Made by a program: the position numbers and the translations under genes
Part shown: positions 17,729-28,656 of the stretch, piece after piece
Layout of the letters: each line of letters opens with the position of its first letter
Numbering within the stretch: position 1 is the first letter of the stretch
From: Gammaproteobacteria bacterium
GTDB lineage: Bacteria; Pseudomonadota; Gammaproteobacteria; SZUA-140
Direction: 5' to 3'
Assembly: GCA_026981935.1 (NCBI GenBank)
Contig: JALSIC010000052.1
Span: 2,571 to 66,570, forward strand
DNA length: 64,000 bases
Notes under the pieces: generated by a model
Seen by the model: the letters and a program-made list of their open reading frames with translations, nothing else
Database searches by the model: none
What the model was told of the DNA's origin: nothing

Positions 17729-18706
17729 ATGTCCCGATCCATGTCAGGAGGATCAGGAAGGAACGGCCATCAGCCGGTCATGCTGGCCGAAGTGCTGGAG
17801 GCCCTCGCGGTGAAGCCCGCCGGCCGCTATCTCGATGCCACGTTCGGCCGCGGTGGCCATGCCGCGGCGATTCTCGCGCGCCTGGGCACCGCGGGGCGCC
17901 TGCTGGTGATGGATCAGGATCCCGAGGCGGTGGCATCGGCGCGAGAACGCTTCGGGGACGATCCGAGGGTCGTCATCGTTCATGCCAATTTTGCCCGTCT
18001 CGAGGCGGTCGTGGCTGCCCAGGGGTGGTGTGGGTGTCTCGACGGCATCCTGCTCGATCTGGGTGTCTCCTCGCCCCAGCTGGACGACCCGCACCGGGGA
18101 TTCAGTTTTCGCCATGACGGTCCCCTGGACATGCGCATGGACACCACCGCGGGGGAGAGCGCCGCGCAATGGCTGGCGCGGGCCACGGAACGGGAGATCG
18201 CGCGGGTATTGCGGGAATATGGCGAGGAGCGCCATGCGCGGCGCATTGCCCGGGCCATCGTGGCGGCGCGGCGCGAGGCCCCCATACGCACCACGGCGCG
18301 GCTGGCGGAGGTCGTGGCCGCAGCCCATCCTGCCTGGGAAGCGGGCAGGCATCCCGCCACGCGCAGCTTCCAGGCCCTGCGCATCCACGTCAACCGGGAA
18401 CTGGAAGTGCTGCCGGAGGCGCTGGTCCAGGCGGTGCGTGTGCTGGCGCCCGGCGGACGCCTGGCAGTGATCAGTTTCCATTCCCTGGAAGACCGGATCG
18501 TGAAGCGTTACCTGCGCCGCTGTGCCCGGGGCGAGGCGCTCCCCCGTGGGATTCCTGCCAGGGAGTCCCGGCGTGATCTGACCCTGCGCCTGCTGGGCAG
18601 GGCGCGCCGCCCGGCCGCTGCGGAGGTCGCGGCCAATCCCCGTGCCCGCAGTGCCGTGCTGCGCGTGGCGGAAAGGCTGCCCACCGGGCGGCCGGACGAG
18701 GCCTGA
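17729..18706 (+). CDS. rsmH: 16S rRNA m4C1402 methyltransferase RsmH (MraW)
   Basis: HQPVMLAEVLEAL...YLDATFGRGGHAAAILARLG...DGILLDLGVSSPQLDDPHRGFSFRHDGPLDMRM is collinear with E. coli RsmH. The start is uncertain (ATG at 17729, 17741 or 17779). Confidence 0.9.
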   Translation: MSRSMSGGSGRNGHQPVMLAEVLEALAVKPAGRYLDATFGRGGHAAAILARLGTAGRLLVMDQDPEAVASARERFGDDPRVVIVHANFARLEAVVAAQGWCGCLDGILLDLGVSSPQLDDPHRGFSFRHDGPLDMRMDTTAGESAAQWLARATEREIARVLREYGEERHARRIARAIVAARREAPIRTTARLAEVVAAAHPAWEAGRHPATRSFQALRIHVNRELEVLPEALVQAVRVLAPGGRLAVISFHSLEDRIVKRYLRRCARGEALPRGIPARESRRDLTLRLLGRARRPAAAEVAANPRARSAVLRVAERLPTGRPDEA

Positions 18707-18718
18707 GCGTCGGGCATC

Positions 18719-19051
18719 ATGGACAATGCCATCCACAACAAAACAGGGGGCGGGGCAGGTGGCGCGGGGCTTGTCGTGGTGCTGGCGCTGCTGGTGCTGG
18801 CCACCGCCCTGGGCGTGGTCTACACCACCCACCACAGCCGCAAACTGTTCGTGGAATTGCAGTCCCTGCAGGCGGTGCGCGATGAACTCAACATTCAATG
18901 GGGCCGGCTCCTGCTGGAGCAGAGCACCCTGGCGACGCCGTCGCGCGTGGAGAGCATTGCCCGGCGCAAGCTGGGGATGCGGGCGCCGCAACCCGAGCAG
19001 ATCGTCATCGTCAGGCCCCGGGGGTCGGGAATTCATGAGCAGGCAGAGTGA
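18719..19051 (+). CDS. ftsL: Cell division protein FtsL
   Basis: 110 aa, single TM (LVVVLALLVLATALGVVYTT) plus coiled-coil (LFVELQSLQAVRDELNIQWGRLLLEQSTLATPSRVE). Sits between rsmH and ftsI. Confidence 0.9.
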   Translation: MDNAIHNKTGGGAGGAGLVVVLALLVLATALGVVYTTHHSRKLFVELQSLQAVRDELNIQWGRLLLEQSTLATPSRVESIARRKLGMRAPQPEQIVIVRPRGSGIHEQAE

Positions 19052-20762
19052 CAGGCCGGCGCTGATTCATCCGGCGCGGCCCCTGATTATCCTGGCCAGC
19101 CTGGGGCTGGCCGTGGTGGTGCTGGTCTGGCGGGCGGTGGATCTCCAGGTGCTGGACAAGGCGTTTCTCCAGTCGCAGGGGGATGCGCGCCACCTTCGGG
19201 TGGTGCGCATCGCCGCGCATCGCGGCATGATCACCGACCGCCATGGCCAGCCCCTGGCCATCAGTACGCCGGTGGATTCGGTCTGGGCCAATCCCCAGGT
19301 GCTGGTTGCGGCCGGTGAGCAATGGCGGCTGCTGGGGCCGGAGCTGGCCCGGCTTCTGGAGCTGGACGTGGATTATCTCTGGCAGCGGATCATGTCCCGC
19401 TCCGGGCGGGAATTCGTCTATCTCAAGCGGCATGTCCATCCCGAGCGCGCGCAGCGTATCATGGCGCTGGGCATCCCCGGCATCTCCCTGCAGCGCGAAT
19501 ACCGGCGCTACTATCCCGCCGGCGAGGTGGCCGCCCATGTGGTGGGTTTCACCAACGTGGACGACCAGGGACAGGAAGGCATCGAGCTGGCCTATGATGA
19601 CTGGTTGCGGGGGCTTCCCGGCAGCAAGCGGGTCCTGAAGGACCGCCTCGGCCACATCGTCGAGGATGTGGAGAGCATCAGCGACCCCCAGCCCGGCAAG
19701 GACCTGCGCCTGAGCCTGGATCTGCGTCTCCAGTATCTCGCCTACCGGGAACTGAAGACCGCCGTGCGCCTGCACCGGGCCCGCGCGGCGTCGGCCCTGA
19801 TCCTCGATGCCCGCAGCGGCGAGGTGCTGGCCATGGTGAACCAGCCGGCCTACAATCCCAACAGGCGCGAGGGCCTGCGCAGCGAGCGCTATCGCAACCG
19901 GGCGGTGACCGATGTCTTCGAGCCCGGCTCCACCGTCAAGCCCTTTACCGTGGCCGCGGCCCTGGAGGCGGGCCGGTTTCGTCCTGACACCCGCATCGAC
20001 ACGGCGCCGGGTTATTTCCGGGTCGGTCGCAACACCATTCGCGACGTGGTCAATTACGGCCGTATCGACGTGACCACCGTGATCCAGAAGTCGAGCAACG
20101 TGGGTGCCAGCAAGATCGCCCTGGCACTGCCGGCAGAACGGTTGTGGGGGATCTTCTCCGGGGTCGGTTTCGGCTCGCTCACGGGGAGCGGTTTTCCCGG
20201 CGAAGTGAGCGGCCTGCTCACCGATTACTGGCGCTGGCACGACATCGAGCGCGCGACCCTGGCTTTCGGCTACGGGCTGTCGGTGACCGCCCTGCAACTG
20301 GCCCAGGCCTATGCCGTGCTCGCCGCTGACGGTCACCTGCGGCCGGTGAGTTTTCTCGCCCTGCAGGAACCGCCGCCCGGCAGGCAGGTGATGGCCGCCG
20401 CGACCGCCCGCCAGGTGGTGGCCATGATGGAGTCCGTGGTCACGCGCCAGGGCACGGGTCATCTGGCGCGGGTGCGGGGTTATCGCGTGGCGGGCAAGAC
20501 CGGCACGGTGCAGAAGAGCGGTCGCGACGGCTATTCCGATGAGCGTTACGTGTCCCTGTTCGCGGGCGTGGCGCCGGCGAGCGACCCCGGGCTGGTGATG
20601 GTGGTGGTGATCGACGAGCCCCGGGGCGGGGAATACTACGGTGGTCGCGTGGCGGCGCCGGTGTTCGCCAATGTCATGACCGGCGCCCTGCGGCTGCTGG
20701 GCATTGCGCCGGACGATGTGCCGGCTGCGCGCCACCGGGTGGCCGTGGCGGAGGTGATGTGA
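19035..20762 (+). CDS. ftsI: Peptidoglycan D,D-transpeptidase FtsI (PBP3)
   Basis: Starts MSRQSDRPALIHPARPLIILASLGLAV, overlapping the ftsL end by 17 nt. Contains an STVK active-site motif (GSTVKPFTV), SSN (KSSNVGASK) and KTGT (AGKTGTVQK). The longer track ORF from 18642 is rejected. Confidence 0.93.
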   Translation: MSRQSDRPALIHPARPLIILASLGLAVVVLVWRAVDLQVLDKAFLQSQGDARHLRVVRIAAHRGMITDRHGQPLAISTPVDSVWANPQVLVAAGEQWRLLGPELARLLELDVDYLWQRIMSRSGREFVYLKRHVHPERAQRIMALGIPGISLQREYRRYYPAGEVAAHVVGFTNVDDQGQEGIELAYDDWLRGLPGSKRVLKDRLGHIVEDVESISDPQPGKDLRLSLDLRLQYLAYRELKTAVRLHRARAASALILDARSGEVLAMVNQPAYNPNRREGLRSERYRNRAVTDVFEPGSTVKPFTVAAALEAGRFRPDTRIDTAPGYFRVGRNTIRDVVNYGRIDVTTVIQKSSNVGASKIALALPAERLWGIFSGVGFGSLTGSGFPGEVSGLLTDYWRWHDIERATLAFGYGLSVTALQLAQAYAVLAADGHLRPVSFLALQEPPPGRQVMAAATARQVVAMMESVVTRQGTGHLARVRGYRVAGKTGTVQKSGRDGYSDERYVSLFAGVAPASDPGLVMVVVIDEPRGGEYYGGRVAAPVFANVMTGALRLLGIAPDDVPAARHRVAVAEVM

Positions 20763-20797
20763 GCGCGATGCCGGAGATGCCGGAGGAGGGGAGGGCC

Positions 20798-22345
20798 ATG
20801 CGGCTGAGCCGCCTGCTGGCGGGCCTGGCCGAGGTGCCTGCCGGGGACGACCGCGTCGTCTCCGGCGTCGTGGCGGACAGCCGGCGGGTGCGCCCGGGGG
20901 ATCTTTTCCTGGCCTGTGCGGGACGGCGCCGCCACGGCGCCGAGTTCATCGCCCGGGCCGTGGCGGCCGGGGCGGCGGCGGTGGTCTGCGAGGTGGATGA
21001 AGGCGCGGACGGCGCGAGGCGATTGTCCTTGAGAGAGGGTGTGCCGGTGATTGCCGTGTCCGCGCCGCCGGATGCCGGCGGTGGCATCGCGGCCGAGATC
21101 GCGGCGCGTTTTCATGGCCGGCCGGCGGATGCGCTGGAGGTGGTGGGCGTCACGGGCACCAACGGCAAGAGTTCCTGTTGCCATTATCTGGCCCAGTGCC
21201 TGGAAGCATCGGGCAGTGCCTGCGGGCTGGTGGGCACACTGGGGCATGGCCGGCACGGGGCACTGCATCCCGCCACTCACACCACGCCCGATGCCGTGAC
21301 CCTGCAGGCGCTGCTCGCGGAATTGCGCGACGAGGGTTGTACCCACGTGGCGATGGAGGTGTCTTCCCATGCCCTCGATCAGGGGCGCGTGACGGGCGTG
21401 CGCTTTGCAGGGGGGCTGTTCACCAATCTCAGCCGGGATCATCTGGATTATCACGGGAGCATGACGCACTACGCCCGCAGCAAGGCGCGCCTGTTCCGGT
21501 CTTCCGGCCTGCGTTATGCCGCCCTCAATGCCGACGACCCCGCCCATCGGACCATGCTGGCGGCGTTGCCGGCCAGTACGGAACTGGGTACGGAACTGGC
21601 GCTCTACGGGTTCGGGCCGGATCTGGCGGCGACGGTGCGAGGTCGTGGCATCGGTCGGGATGCACGCTGGCTGCAGGGGCATGTGCTGGCGGCAGGTCCG
21701 GCGGGCCTGCATCTGGCCGTGGCGGGCAGCTGGGGTGCGGGCGAGCTGCGCAGCGCCCTGCTGGGCCGGTTCAATGCCGGCAATCTGCTGGCGAGCCTCG
21801 CCGTGTTGCTGCTCATGGGGCTGCCGCTTGCCGATGCGCTGGCCGGGCTTGCGCGGGTGAGGGCGGTTCCCGGGCGCATGGAACGCTTCGGCGGGCACGG
21901 CGGGCGGCCGCTGGTCATCGTGGACTACGCCCATACGCCGGCGGCCCTGGCCGCGGTGCTGGAAAGCCTGAAAGCGTTCTGCCGGGGACGGCTGTGGTGC
22001 GTGTTCGGCTGCGGCGGCGGGCGGGACCGTGGCAAGCGCGGGCAGATGGGCGGAATCGCCGAACGTCTCGCGGACCGCGTGGTGGTGACCGACGACAATC
22101 CCCGCGACGAGGATCCTGAGGCCATCGTCGCGGAGATCCTGGCGGGCATGCGGCGTCCTGCAGCGGCAGAGGTGCTGCATGACCGCGCGGCGGCCATTGC
22201 GTACGCCGTGGGCCAGGCGGACGCGCAGGACATCGTGCTCGTGGCCGGCAAGGGGCACGAGGATTATCAACTGGTGCAGGGCCGGCGCCTGCCATTCAGC
22301 GATCGCCAGCATGTCGCCCTGCTGGTGGGGGAGGCAGCGACATGA
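20798..22345 (+). CDS. murE: UDP-MurNAc-tripeptide synthetase MurE
   Basis: VTGTNGKSS P-loop; ...DYAHTPAALAAVLESL; Mur ligase fold. The ATG at 20798 is preceded by GAGGAGGGGAGGG. The alternative GTG at 20759 overlaps the ftsI stop. Confidence 0.92.
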   Translation: MRLSRLLAGLAEVPAGDDRVVSGVVADSRRVRPGDLFLACAGRRRHGAEFIARAVAAGAAAVVCEVDEGADGARRLSLREGVPVIAVSAPPDAGGGIAAEIAARFHGRPADALEVVGVTGTNGKSSCCHYLAQCLEASGSACGLVGTLGHGRHGALHPATHTTPDAVTLQALLAELRDEGCTHVAMEVSSHALDQGRVTGVRFAGGLFTNLSRDHLDYHGSMTHYARSKARLFRSSGLRYAALNADDPAHRTMLAALPASTELGTELALYGFGPDLAATVRGRGIGRDARWLQGHVLAAGPAGLHLAVAGSWGAGELRSALLGRFNAGNLLASLAVLLLMGLPLADALAGLARVRAVPGRMERFGGHGGRPLVIVDYAHTPAALAAVLESLKAFCRGRLWCVFGCGGGRDRGKRGQMGGIAERLADRVVVTDDNPRDEDPEAIVAEILAGMRRPAAAEVLHDRAAAIAYAVGQADAQDIVLVAGKGHEDYQLVQGRRLPFSDRQHVALLVGEAAT

Positions 22346-23796
22346 ACATGCAGACACGGACATGGACGATGCGCCTGTCGGATCTGGCGACCCACCTGGG
22401 CGGGCGGCTCCATGGCGAGGATATCGCCTTCGATACGGTGAGTACCGACACCCGCCGTCTGCAGCCGGGCGATCTGTTCGTCGCCCTGCGGGGCCCCCGT
22501 TTCGATGCCCATGATTTTCTCGCCCGGGCGCGGGAAGGCGGTGCCTGCGCCGCCCTGGTGCAGCGCCCCATGCCCGTGGACCTGCCCCAGGTCGTGGTGG
22601 AGGATACACGTCTTGCGCTGGGACGCCTGGCGGCCGCGTGGCGGGCGCGTTTCTCGGGACCCGTCGTGGCGGTCACCGGCAGCAACGGCAAGACCACCGT
22701 CAAGGAAATGGTGTCCACCATTCTTGCGCTGCGGGGGCCGGGGCTCGTGACCCGCGGCAATTACAACAACGACATCGGCATGCCCCTGACCCTGCTCCGC
22801 CTGCAGCCCGTGCATCGCTATGCGGTGATCGAAATGGGTGCCAGCAAGCCCGGTGACATCGATTACCTGACCCATATCGCCCGTCCCTCGGTGGCCCTCA
22901 TCACCAATGCGGCGCCGGCCCATCTGGAAGGGCTGGGCGACATCGCCGGCGTGGCCCGCACCAAGGGGGAGATCTTCGACGGCCTGGGGCCCGGAGGCAC
23001 CGCGGTGATCAACAACGACGATCCCCGCAACGGGGTGTGGCGCGTCATGACGGGGGGGCGCCCCCGCCTCAGCTTCGGTATCCGCAACAAGGCGGATTTC
23101 CGCGCCACGCAACTGGAAGTCAACAGCGACTGCGGCTGCTCTTTCCTTCTCCATACACCGGTGGGCAGCCTCCCCGTCCACCTGCGTCTCGCAGGAAGGC
23201 ACAACGTCATGAACGCGCTGGCCGCCGCGGCCGCCGCCTTTGCCGTGGGCGCCTCTCCCGAGGAGATCCGTGTGGGACTGGAGAAGATGCGACCGGTGAA
23301 GGGACGCCTGGAATTCAAGTCGGGTCGCGGGGCGTTGCGGGTGATCGATGACACCTACAATGCCAATCCCGGCTCGGTGCGCGCCGCACTGGAGGTCCTC
23401 GTGGCGGCCGGGGGTGACGGCCAGAAGGTGCTGGTGCTGGGCGACATGGGCGAACTGGGCAATGCCTCTCAGGCCCTGCACGAGCAGGTGGGGCGCCAGG
23501 CGCGCATGGTGGGCGTGGACCGGGTCTATGCGGTGGGCGAGTGTGCCTGTATCACCGCGGGGGCCTTCGGCAAGGGGGCGCGTCATTTCGGTGATCAGTC
23601 CTCGCTCATCGAGGCCCTGCTGGAGGACTACGACGGCATGGTGGGCGTTGCGGTGACCATGCTCGTCAAGGGATCGCGCAGCATGGCCATGGAGCGTGTG
23701 GTGGAGGCCCTGGTGCCGCAGACCGATGTCGCGGCCCGGGGTGAGGGCGCCCTGTCCGGCGATGGCCGTGATCCGCGTCCAGGCGGGGAGGGTTGA
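22342..23796 (+). CDS. murF: UDP-MurNAc-pentapeptide synthetase MurF
   Basis: VTGSNGKTTVKEM P-loop; RVIDDTYNANPGSVRAAL. ATGA overlap with the murE stop. Confidence 0.93.
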   Translation: MNMQTRTWTMRLSDLATHLGGRLHGEDIAFDTVSTDTRRLQPGDLFVALRGPRFDAHDFLARAREGGACAALVQRPMPVDLPQVVVEDTRLALGRLAAAWRARFSGPVVAVTGSNGKTTVKEMVSTILALRGPGLVTRGNYNNDIGMPLTLLRLQPVHRYAVIEMGASKPGDIDYLTHIARPSVALITNAAPAHLEGLGDIAGVARTKGEIFDGLGPGGTAVINNDDPRNGVWRVMTGGRPRLSFGIRNKADFRATQLEVNSDCGCSFLLHTPVGSLPVHLRLAGRHNVMNALAAAAAAFAVGASPEEIRVGLEKMRPVKGRLEFKSGRGALRVIDDTYNANPGSVRAALEVLVAAGGDGQKVLVLGDMGELGNASQALHEQVGRQARMVGVDRVYAVGECACITAGAFGKGARHFGDQSSLIEALLEDYDGMVGVAVTMLVKGSRSMAMERVVEALVPQTDVAARGEGALSGDGRDPRPGGEG

Positions 23797-23802
23797 CCGC
23801 GC

Positions 23803-24885
23803 ATGCTGCTCTATCTCACCGAATACCTGGCCCAGTTTCACAGCGGTTTCAACGTCTTCCAGTATCTCACCCTGCGCGCCATCCTGGGTGCGCTCACCGC
23901 GCTGGTGATCTCCTTCATGGTGGGTCCTTTTCTGATCCGCAAGCTGAGCACCTACCAGATCGGCCAGCAGGTGCGGGCCGATGGTCCCCGGAGCCACCTC
24001 AGCAAGGCGGGGACCCCCACCATGGGCGGGGCGCTCATCCTGGTGGCCATCGCCACCAGCACCCTGTTGTGGGCCGATCTTTCCAATCGCCACATCTGGG
24101 TGGTGCTGGCGGTGACCCTGGTCTTCGGCCTCATCGGCTGGGTGGACGATTACAAGAAGCTCGTCCTGAAGGATTCCCGCGGGCTTTCGGCGGGGAAGAA
24201 GTTTTTCTGGCAGTCCGTGGCGGGGCTGGGCGCGGCCGGGTATCTCTATGCCACCGCCCAGTCGCCCATCGAGACCCAGCTCATCGTGCCTTTCTTCAAG
24301 GACGTGGCCATCACCCTGGGCTGGCTGTTCATTCCGCTGGCCTATTTCGTCATCGTGGGCACCAGCAACGCGGTCAACCTCACCGACGGCCTGGACGGCC
24401 TGGCCATTCTCCCGGCGGTGATGGTGGGAGGCGCCCTGGGCATCATCGCCTATGCCACGGGGCACGCGCGTTTCTCCGAGTACCTGGGCATTCCCTATGT
24501 GCCGGGCGTGGGCGAGGTGGTGGTGTTTTGCGGGGCGCTCGTGGGATCAGGGCTGGGTTTTCTCTGGTTCAACACCCACCCCGCCCAGGTCTTCATGGGC
24601 GACGTGGGCGCCCTGGCGCTGGGGGCGGCGCTGGGCGTGATCGCAGTGATCGTGCGCCAGGAGATCGTGCTGTTCGTCATGGGCGGGGTGTTCGTCATGG
24701 AAACCCTGTCGGTGATCATCCAGGTGGTGTCTTACAAGCTCACCGGCCGGCGTATCTTCCGCATGGCGCCCCTGCATCATCATTTCGAACTCAAGGGCTG
24801 GCCCGAACCCCGGGTCATCGTGCGGTTCTGGATCATCACGGTGATCCTCGTCCTCATCGGCCTGGCGACCCTGAAGATCAGATGA
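23803..24885 (+). CDS. mraY: Phospho-MurNAc-pentapeptide translocase MraY
   Basis: [34 protein letters not shown]...[14 protein letters not shown]...HHHFEL; canonical MraY. Confidence 0.95.
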   Translation: MLLYLTEYLAQFHSGFNVFQYLTLRAILGALTALVISFMVGPFLIRKLSTYQIGQQVRADGPRSHLSKAGTPTMGGALILVAIATSTLLWADLSNRHIWVVLAVTLVFGLIGWVDDYKKLVLKDSRGLSAGKKFFWQSVAGLGAAGYLYATAQSPIETQLIVPFFKDVAITLGWLFIPLAYFVIVGTSNAVNLTDGLDGLAILPAVMVGGALGIIAYATGHARFSEYLGIPYVPGVGEVVVFCGALVGSGLGFLWFNTHPAQVFMGDVGALALGAALGVIAVIVRQEIVLFVMGGVFVMETLSVIIQVVSYKLTGRRIFRMAPLHHHFELKGWPEPRVIVRFWIITVILVLIGLATLKIR

Positions 24886-26297
24886 GCATGGCGGTCATGG
24901 CAATGCAGACACCCACACCGGCAAGGGACGCGCAATGGCGGGAGCGCCTGGGGCTGTCGGGGCCGATCCTGGTCGCCGGACTGGGCCGCACGGGTCTTTC
25001 CTGCGCCCGTTTTCTCCACGGCCTGGGCCTGGCGGTGAAGGTGGCCGACAGCCGCCGCGAGCCGCCGGCGCTGGCTGCGCTGCGCCAGGCCCTGCCGGAC
25101 GTACCCGTCTGTCTCGGGGATTTGTCCGAGACGGCGCTGGAGGACTGCGCAGCGGTGGTGCTGAGTCCGGGCATCGCCCTCGAACATCCCTTCGTCCGGG
25201 CGGCGCGTCGCCGGGGCCTTGCGGTGCTGGGCGACGTGGAGCTGTTCGCCCGCTGCGTCCACGCGCCGGTGATCGCCATCACGGGTTCCAACGGCAAGAG
25301 CACGGTCACCGCCCTGCTGGGGGAGATGGCGCGCGAGGCCGGGCGCCGGGTCGCCGTGGGGGGCAATATCGGCACGCCGGTGCTGGACCTGCTCCAGGTC
25401 CCTCCCCCCGATTGCTACGTCCTCGAACTGTCCAGTTATCAGCTGGAGACCACCTGTTCCCTGGACGCGGCGGCGGCGACGGTGCTCAATCTCAGTCCCG
25501 ATCATCTGGACCGCCACGGTGACCTGGAGCGCTATGGCATGCTCAAGGCCCGCATCCATCGCGGCGGGGGCTGCGTGGTATGGAACCGCGACGAGGCCTT
25601 TCTGGCCGGTATCCTGCGCGCGACCTGCCTGGGTGGAGACCGCCCGACCGTCTCCTTCGGCAGCGATGCGCCGCCGGGCCCCGCCGATTACGGCCTGTGC
25701 CGGCGCGGCGGGGCCCTGTGGCTGATGCGCGGCGACGCAGCGCTCATTGCGGCCGCGGATCTCGCGCTCGCGGGGGAGCACAACCTGCTCAATGCCCTCG
25801 CGGCCCTGGCCCTGGGCGAGGCCGCGGGCCTGGCACAGGCCCCCATGCTGGCGGTATTGCGGCGTTTCGCGGGGCTGCCGCATCGCATGGAGCGGGTGGC
25901 CAGCCAGGATGGGGTGAGCTGGTACAACGACTCCAAGGCCACCAACGTGGGCGCCACCCTGGCTGCCCTGCGGGGGCTGCCGGGTCCCGTGGTGCTCATC
26001 GCCGGGGGCGAGGGCAAGGGCGCCGATTTCTCGCCCCTGCGGGGGACGGTGGCGGGGAAGGTGCGCGCCCTCGTGCTCCTGGGCCGCGATGCGCCCCGGC
26101 TTGCCCGTACCCTGGGGGACCTCGTGCCGGTGCAGTGTGTGGCGGACATGGATGAGGCGGTGTCTGCGGCCCGGCGGCTGGCACGCCCGGGAGATCAGGT
26201 GCTGCTCTCGCCGGCCTGCGCGAGCCTGGACATGTTCGCCGGCTACGAGGCCCGGGGCGATGCCTTTCGCACCGCCGTGAGGAGGTTTCTCTCATGA
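24882..26297 (+). CDS. murD: UDP-MurNAc-L-Ala--D-Glu ligase MurD
   Basis: [17 protein letters not shown]...[18 protein letters not shown]...[14 protein letters not shown] overlap with the mraY stop. Has ~25 extra N-terminal residues relative to E. coli, so the true start may be downstream. Confidence 0.9.
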   Translation: MSMAVMAMQTPTPARDAQWRERLGLSGPILVAGLGRTGLSCARFLHGLGLAVKVADSRREPPALAALRQALPDVPVCLGDLSETALEDCAAVVLSPGIALEHPFVRAARRRGLAVLGDVELFARCVHAPVIAITGSNGKSTVTALLGEMAREAGRRVAVGGNIGTPVLDLLQVPPPDCYVLELSSYQLETTCSLDAAAATVLNLSPDHLDRHGDLERYGMLKARIHRGGGCVVWNRDEAFLAGILRATCLGGDRPTVSFGSDAPPGPADYGLCRRGGALWLMRGDAALIAAADLALAGEHNLLNALAALALGEAAGLAQAPMLAVLRRFAGLPHRMERVASQDGVSWYNDSKATNVGATLAALRGLPGPVVLIAGGEGKGADFSPLRGTVAGKVRALVLLGRDAPRLARTLGDLVPVQCVADMDEAVSAARRLARPGDQVLLSPACASLDMFAGYEARGDAFRTAVRRFLS

Positions 26298-27469
26298 GTC
26301 GCGCCGAGGCCGTACGTCATCCCGCGCGTCACCATGGCGCCTCTCCCTGGCCGGGTGACACCGGGTTGTGGCTGGCCGCCGCGACACTCTTCGTGCTGGG
26401 GCTGGTGATGGTGGGGTCGGCGTCCGTGGGGATCGCCGAGCGCCAGTACGGCCAGCCTTTCCATTTTCTGCTGCGCCAGCTCGCCTATGCCGGTGTCGCC
26501 CTGGCGTTCGCCTACGGGGCATTGCGTGTGCCGCTGGCGGCGTGGGAGCGGGCCGGGGGAGGCTTGCTGCTCCTGGGCATGGCCCTGTTGCTGCTGGTGC
26601 TGTTGCCGGGGATCGGGCGGGAGGTCAACGGCAGTGCCCGCTGGCTGCCCCTCGGGCCTTTCAATCTGCAGCCCTCGGAATTGATGAAGCTCTTCATGGT
26701 GCTGTACCTGGCCGGCTACCTGGTGCGCCGCCGCGAGGAGGTGCGCAATGCCGTGCGGGGCTTTGCCAAGCCCATGCTGATCCTGGCACTGGTGTCCCTG
26801 CTGCTGCTGCTGGAGCCCGATTTCGGTGCCGCGGCGGTGCTCATGGCCACGGCCATGGGCCTGCTCTTCCTGGGCGGCGTGCGCTGGTGGCAGTTCGCCC
26901 TGCTGTTCCTGGGCGTGGCCGCGGCCCTGGCGGCCCTGGCGGTTTCGTCGCCCTACCGCCTGGAGCGCATCACTGCCTTTCTCGATCCCTGGGCCGATCC
27001 CTTCGCCAGCGGTTTTCAGCTTACCCAGGCGCTCATCGCCTTCGGTCGCGGAGAGTGGTTCGGCGTGGGGCTGGGCAACAGCATCCAGAAGCTGTTCTAC
27101 CTGCCCGAGGCCCATACCGATTTCCTGTACGCGGTGCTGGCCGAGGAACTGGGGCTGGCCGGTGCCCTGCTGGTGCTGGCCTTGTTCGTGGTGATCGTGT
27201 GGCGGGCCTTTGTCGTGGCCCGCCGGGCGGAGCGGGCGGGCATGGCGTTCGCCGCCTATGTCGCCTACGGCGGCGGCATCTGGCTGGGGGTTCAGGCCTT
27301 CGTCAACATGGGGGTGAACATGGGCATCCTGCCCACCAAGGGCCTCACCCTGCCCCTCATGAGTTACGGCGGCAGCAGCCTGGTGGTGTCCTGCGTCATG
27401 GTGGCCCTGCTGCAGCGCGTCGCCATGGAGGTGGCGGCGCGGGAAGGCGCGGGAGGACGGCGGCGATGA
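26294..27469 (+). CDS. ftsW: Peptidoglycan glycosyltransferase / lipid II flippase FtsW
   Basis: 10-TM SEDS-family pattern (GSASVGIA..., LQPSELMKLFMVLYLAGYL, FLPEAHTDFLYAVLAEELG, SYGGSSLV). Confidence 0.93.
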   Translation: MSRAEAVRHPARHHGASPWPGDTGLWLAAATLFVLGLVMVGSASVGIAERQYGQPFHFLLRQLAYAGVALAFAYGALRVPLAAWERAGGGLLLLGMALLLLVLLPGIGREVNGSARWLPLGPFNLQPSELMKLFMVLYLAGYLVRRREEVRNAVRGFAKPMLILALVSLLLLLEPDFGAAAVLMATAMGLLFLGGVRWWQFALLFLGVAAALAALAVSSPYRLERITAFLDPWADPFASGFQLTQALIAFGRGEWFGVGLGNSIQKLFYLPEAHTDFLYAVLAEELGLAGALLVLALFVVIVWRAFVVARRAERAGMAFAAYVAYGGGIWLGVQAFVNMGVNMGILPTKGLTLPLMSYGGSSLVVSCVMVALLQRVAMEVAAREGAGGRRR

Positions 27470-28656
27470 CGGCGCGCATTCTCATCATGGCGGGCGGGAC
27501 CGGCGGGCATGTGTTTCCGGCCCTGGCGGTGGCGGATGCGCTGCGTGCGGCGGGTGCCGAGGTGCACTGGCTGGGCACGCGGCGCGGCCTGGAGGCGCGC
27601 CTCGTGCCCGCCACGGGCATTCCCCTGGCCACCCTCGCGGTGACCGGCCTGCGGGGCAAGGGGGCCGGGGCCTGGCTGCTCGCGCCCTTGCGCCTGGGGT
27701 GGGCCCTGCTCCAGGCCCTGGCAGTGATCCTGCGCTTTCGCCCCATGGCGGTGCTGGGCATGGGCGGTTTTGCCGCCGGTCCCGGCGGCCTCATGGCCTG
27801 GCTGCTGCGCCTGCCCCTGCTGATTCACGAGCAGAATGCCGTGCCCGGGACGACCAACCGCCTTCTGAGCCGCCTGGCCGACCGCGTGATGGTGGGTTTC
27901 CCGGAGGCTTTTGCCGGGCGGCGCGGTGTGGTGGTGACGGGCAATCCGGTGCGCGCGGCCATCGCCGCATTGCCGCCGCCGGCGACGCGCCTTGCCGGCC
28001 GGGAGGGTCCCCTGCGCCTGCTGGTGATCGGCGGCAGCCAGGGCGCGCGGGCGCTCAACGAGGCCCTGCCCGCCGCGGTGGCGGCCTTGCCGGCGGCCTT
28101 GCGTCCCCGGCTGCACCATCAGACGGGCGCCCGTGCCGAGGCGGCGGTGCGCGCGGCCTATGCGAAGGCGGGCGTCACCCAGGCGCGGGTGGAGGCCTTC
28201 GTCGAGGACATGGCCGGGGCCTATGCCTGGGCCGACCTGGTCATCTGCCGCGCCGGGGCGCTCACCCTGGCGGAACTGACGGCCGCGGGCTGCGCCGCCG
28301 TCCTGGTGCCCTTTCCCCATGCGGTGGACGATCACCAGACCCGCAATGCCCGGCATCTGGAGGCCGCGGGGGCGGCCCTGCTGGTGGCGGAGGACGAGGC
28401 GCTGGCCGCGCGCCTGGCGGCCATCCTGCGGGAATTCGCCACATCGGCGGAAGATGCCGCTGGGGAGCCGGCAGGGAATCCGGTCTCTGATGCGCAGGAG
28501 ACGGTCCCGGGAGAGACAGCTTCAGGAGAGACCGTTTCAGGGGCGGAACCCGACCGCAGGCGCCTGCTGGCGATGGCGCAGGCGGCACACGGCCTGGCCC
28601 GGCCGGATGCGGCGGAGGCGGTGGCCCGATTGTGCCTGGAGGCGGCCCATGGTTGA
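27466..28656 (+). CDS. murG: Lipid II synthase MurG (with ~40-aa acidic/Ser-Thr C-terminal extension)
   Basis: [22 protein letters not shown]...[17 protein letters not shown]...[19 protein letters not shown] overlap with the ftsW stop. The C-terminal [30 protein letters not shown] is extra relative to E. coli. Confidence 0.92.
   Translation: MTARILIMAGGTGGHVFPALAVADALRAAGAEVHWLGTRRGLEARLVPATGIPLATLAVTGLRGKGAGAWLLAPLRLGWALLQALAVILRFRPMAVLGMGGFAAGPGGLMAWLLRLPLLIHEQNAVPGTTNRLLSRLADRVMVGFPEAFAGRRGVVVTGNPVRAAIAALPPPATRLAGREGPLRLLVIGGSQGARALNEALPAAVAALPAALRPRLHHQTGARAEAAVRAAYAKAGVTQARVEAFVEDMAGAYAWADLVICRAGALTLAELTAAGCAAVLVPFPHAVDDHQTRNARHLEAAGAALLVAEDEALAARLAAILREFATSAEDAAGEPAGNPVSDAQETVPGETASGETVSGAEPDRRRLLAMAQAAHGLARPDAAEAVARLCLEAAHG

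Noticed and set aside
20759-20797. GTG at 20759 (overlapping ftsI stop) as murE start
   Set aside because: Retained only as an alternative. The ATG at 20798 has a much better Shine-Dalgarno (GAGGAGGGGAGGG) and matches the ortholog N-terminus (MRLSRLLAGL ~ M.LS.L).
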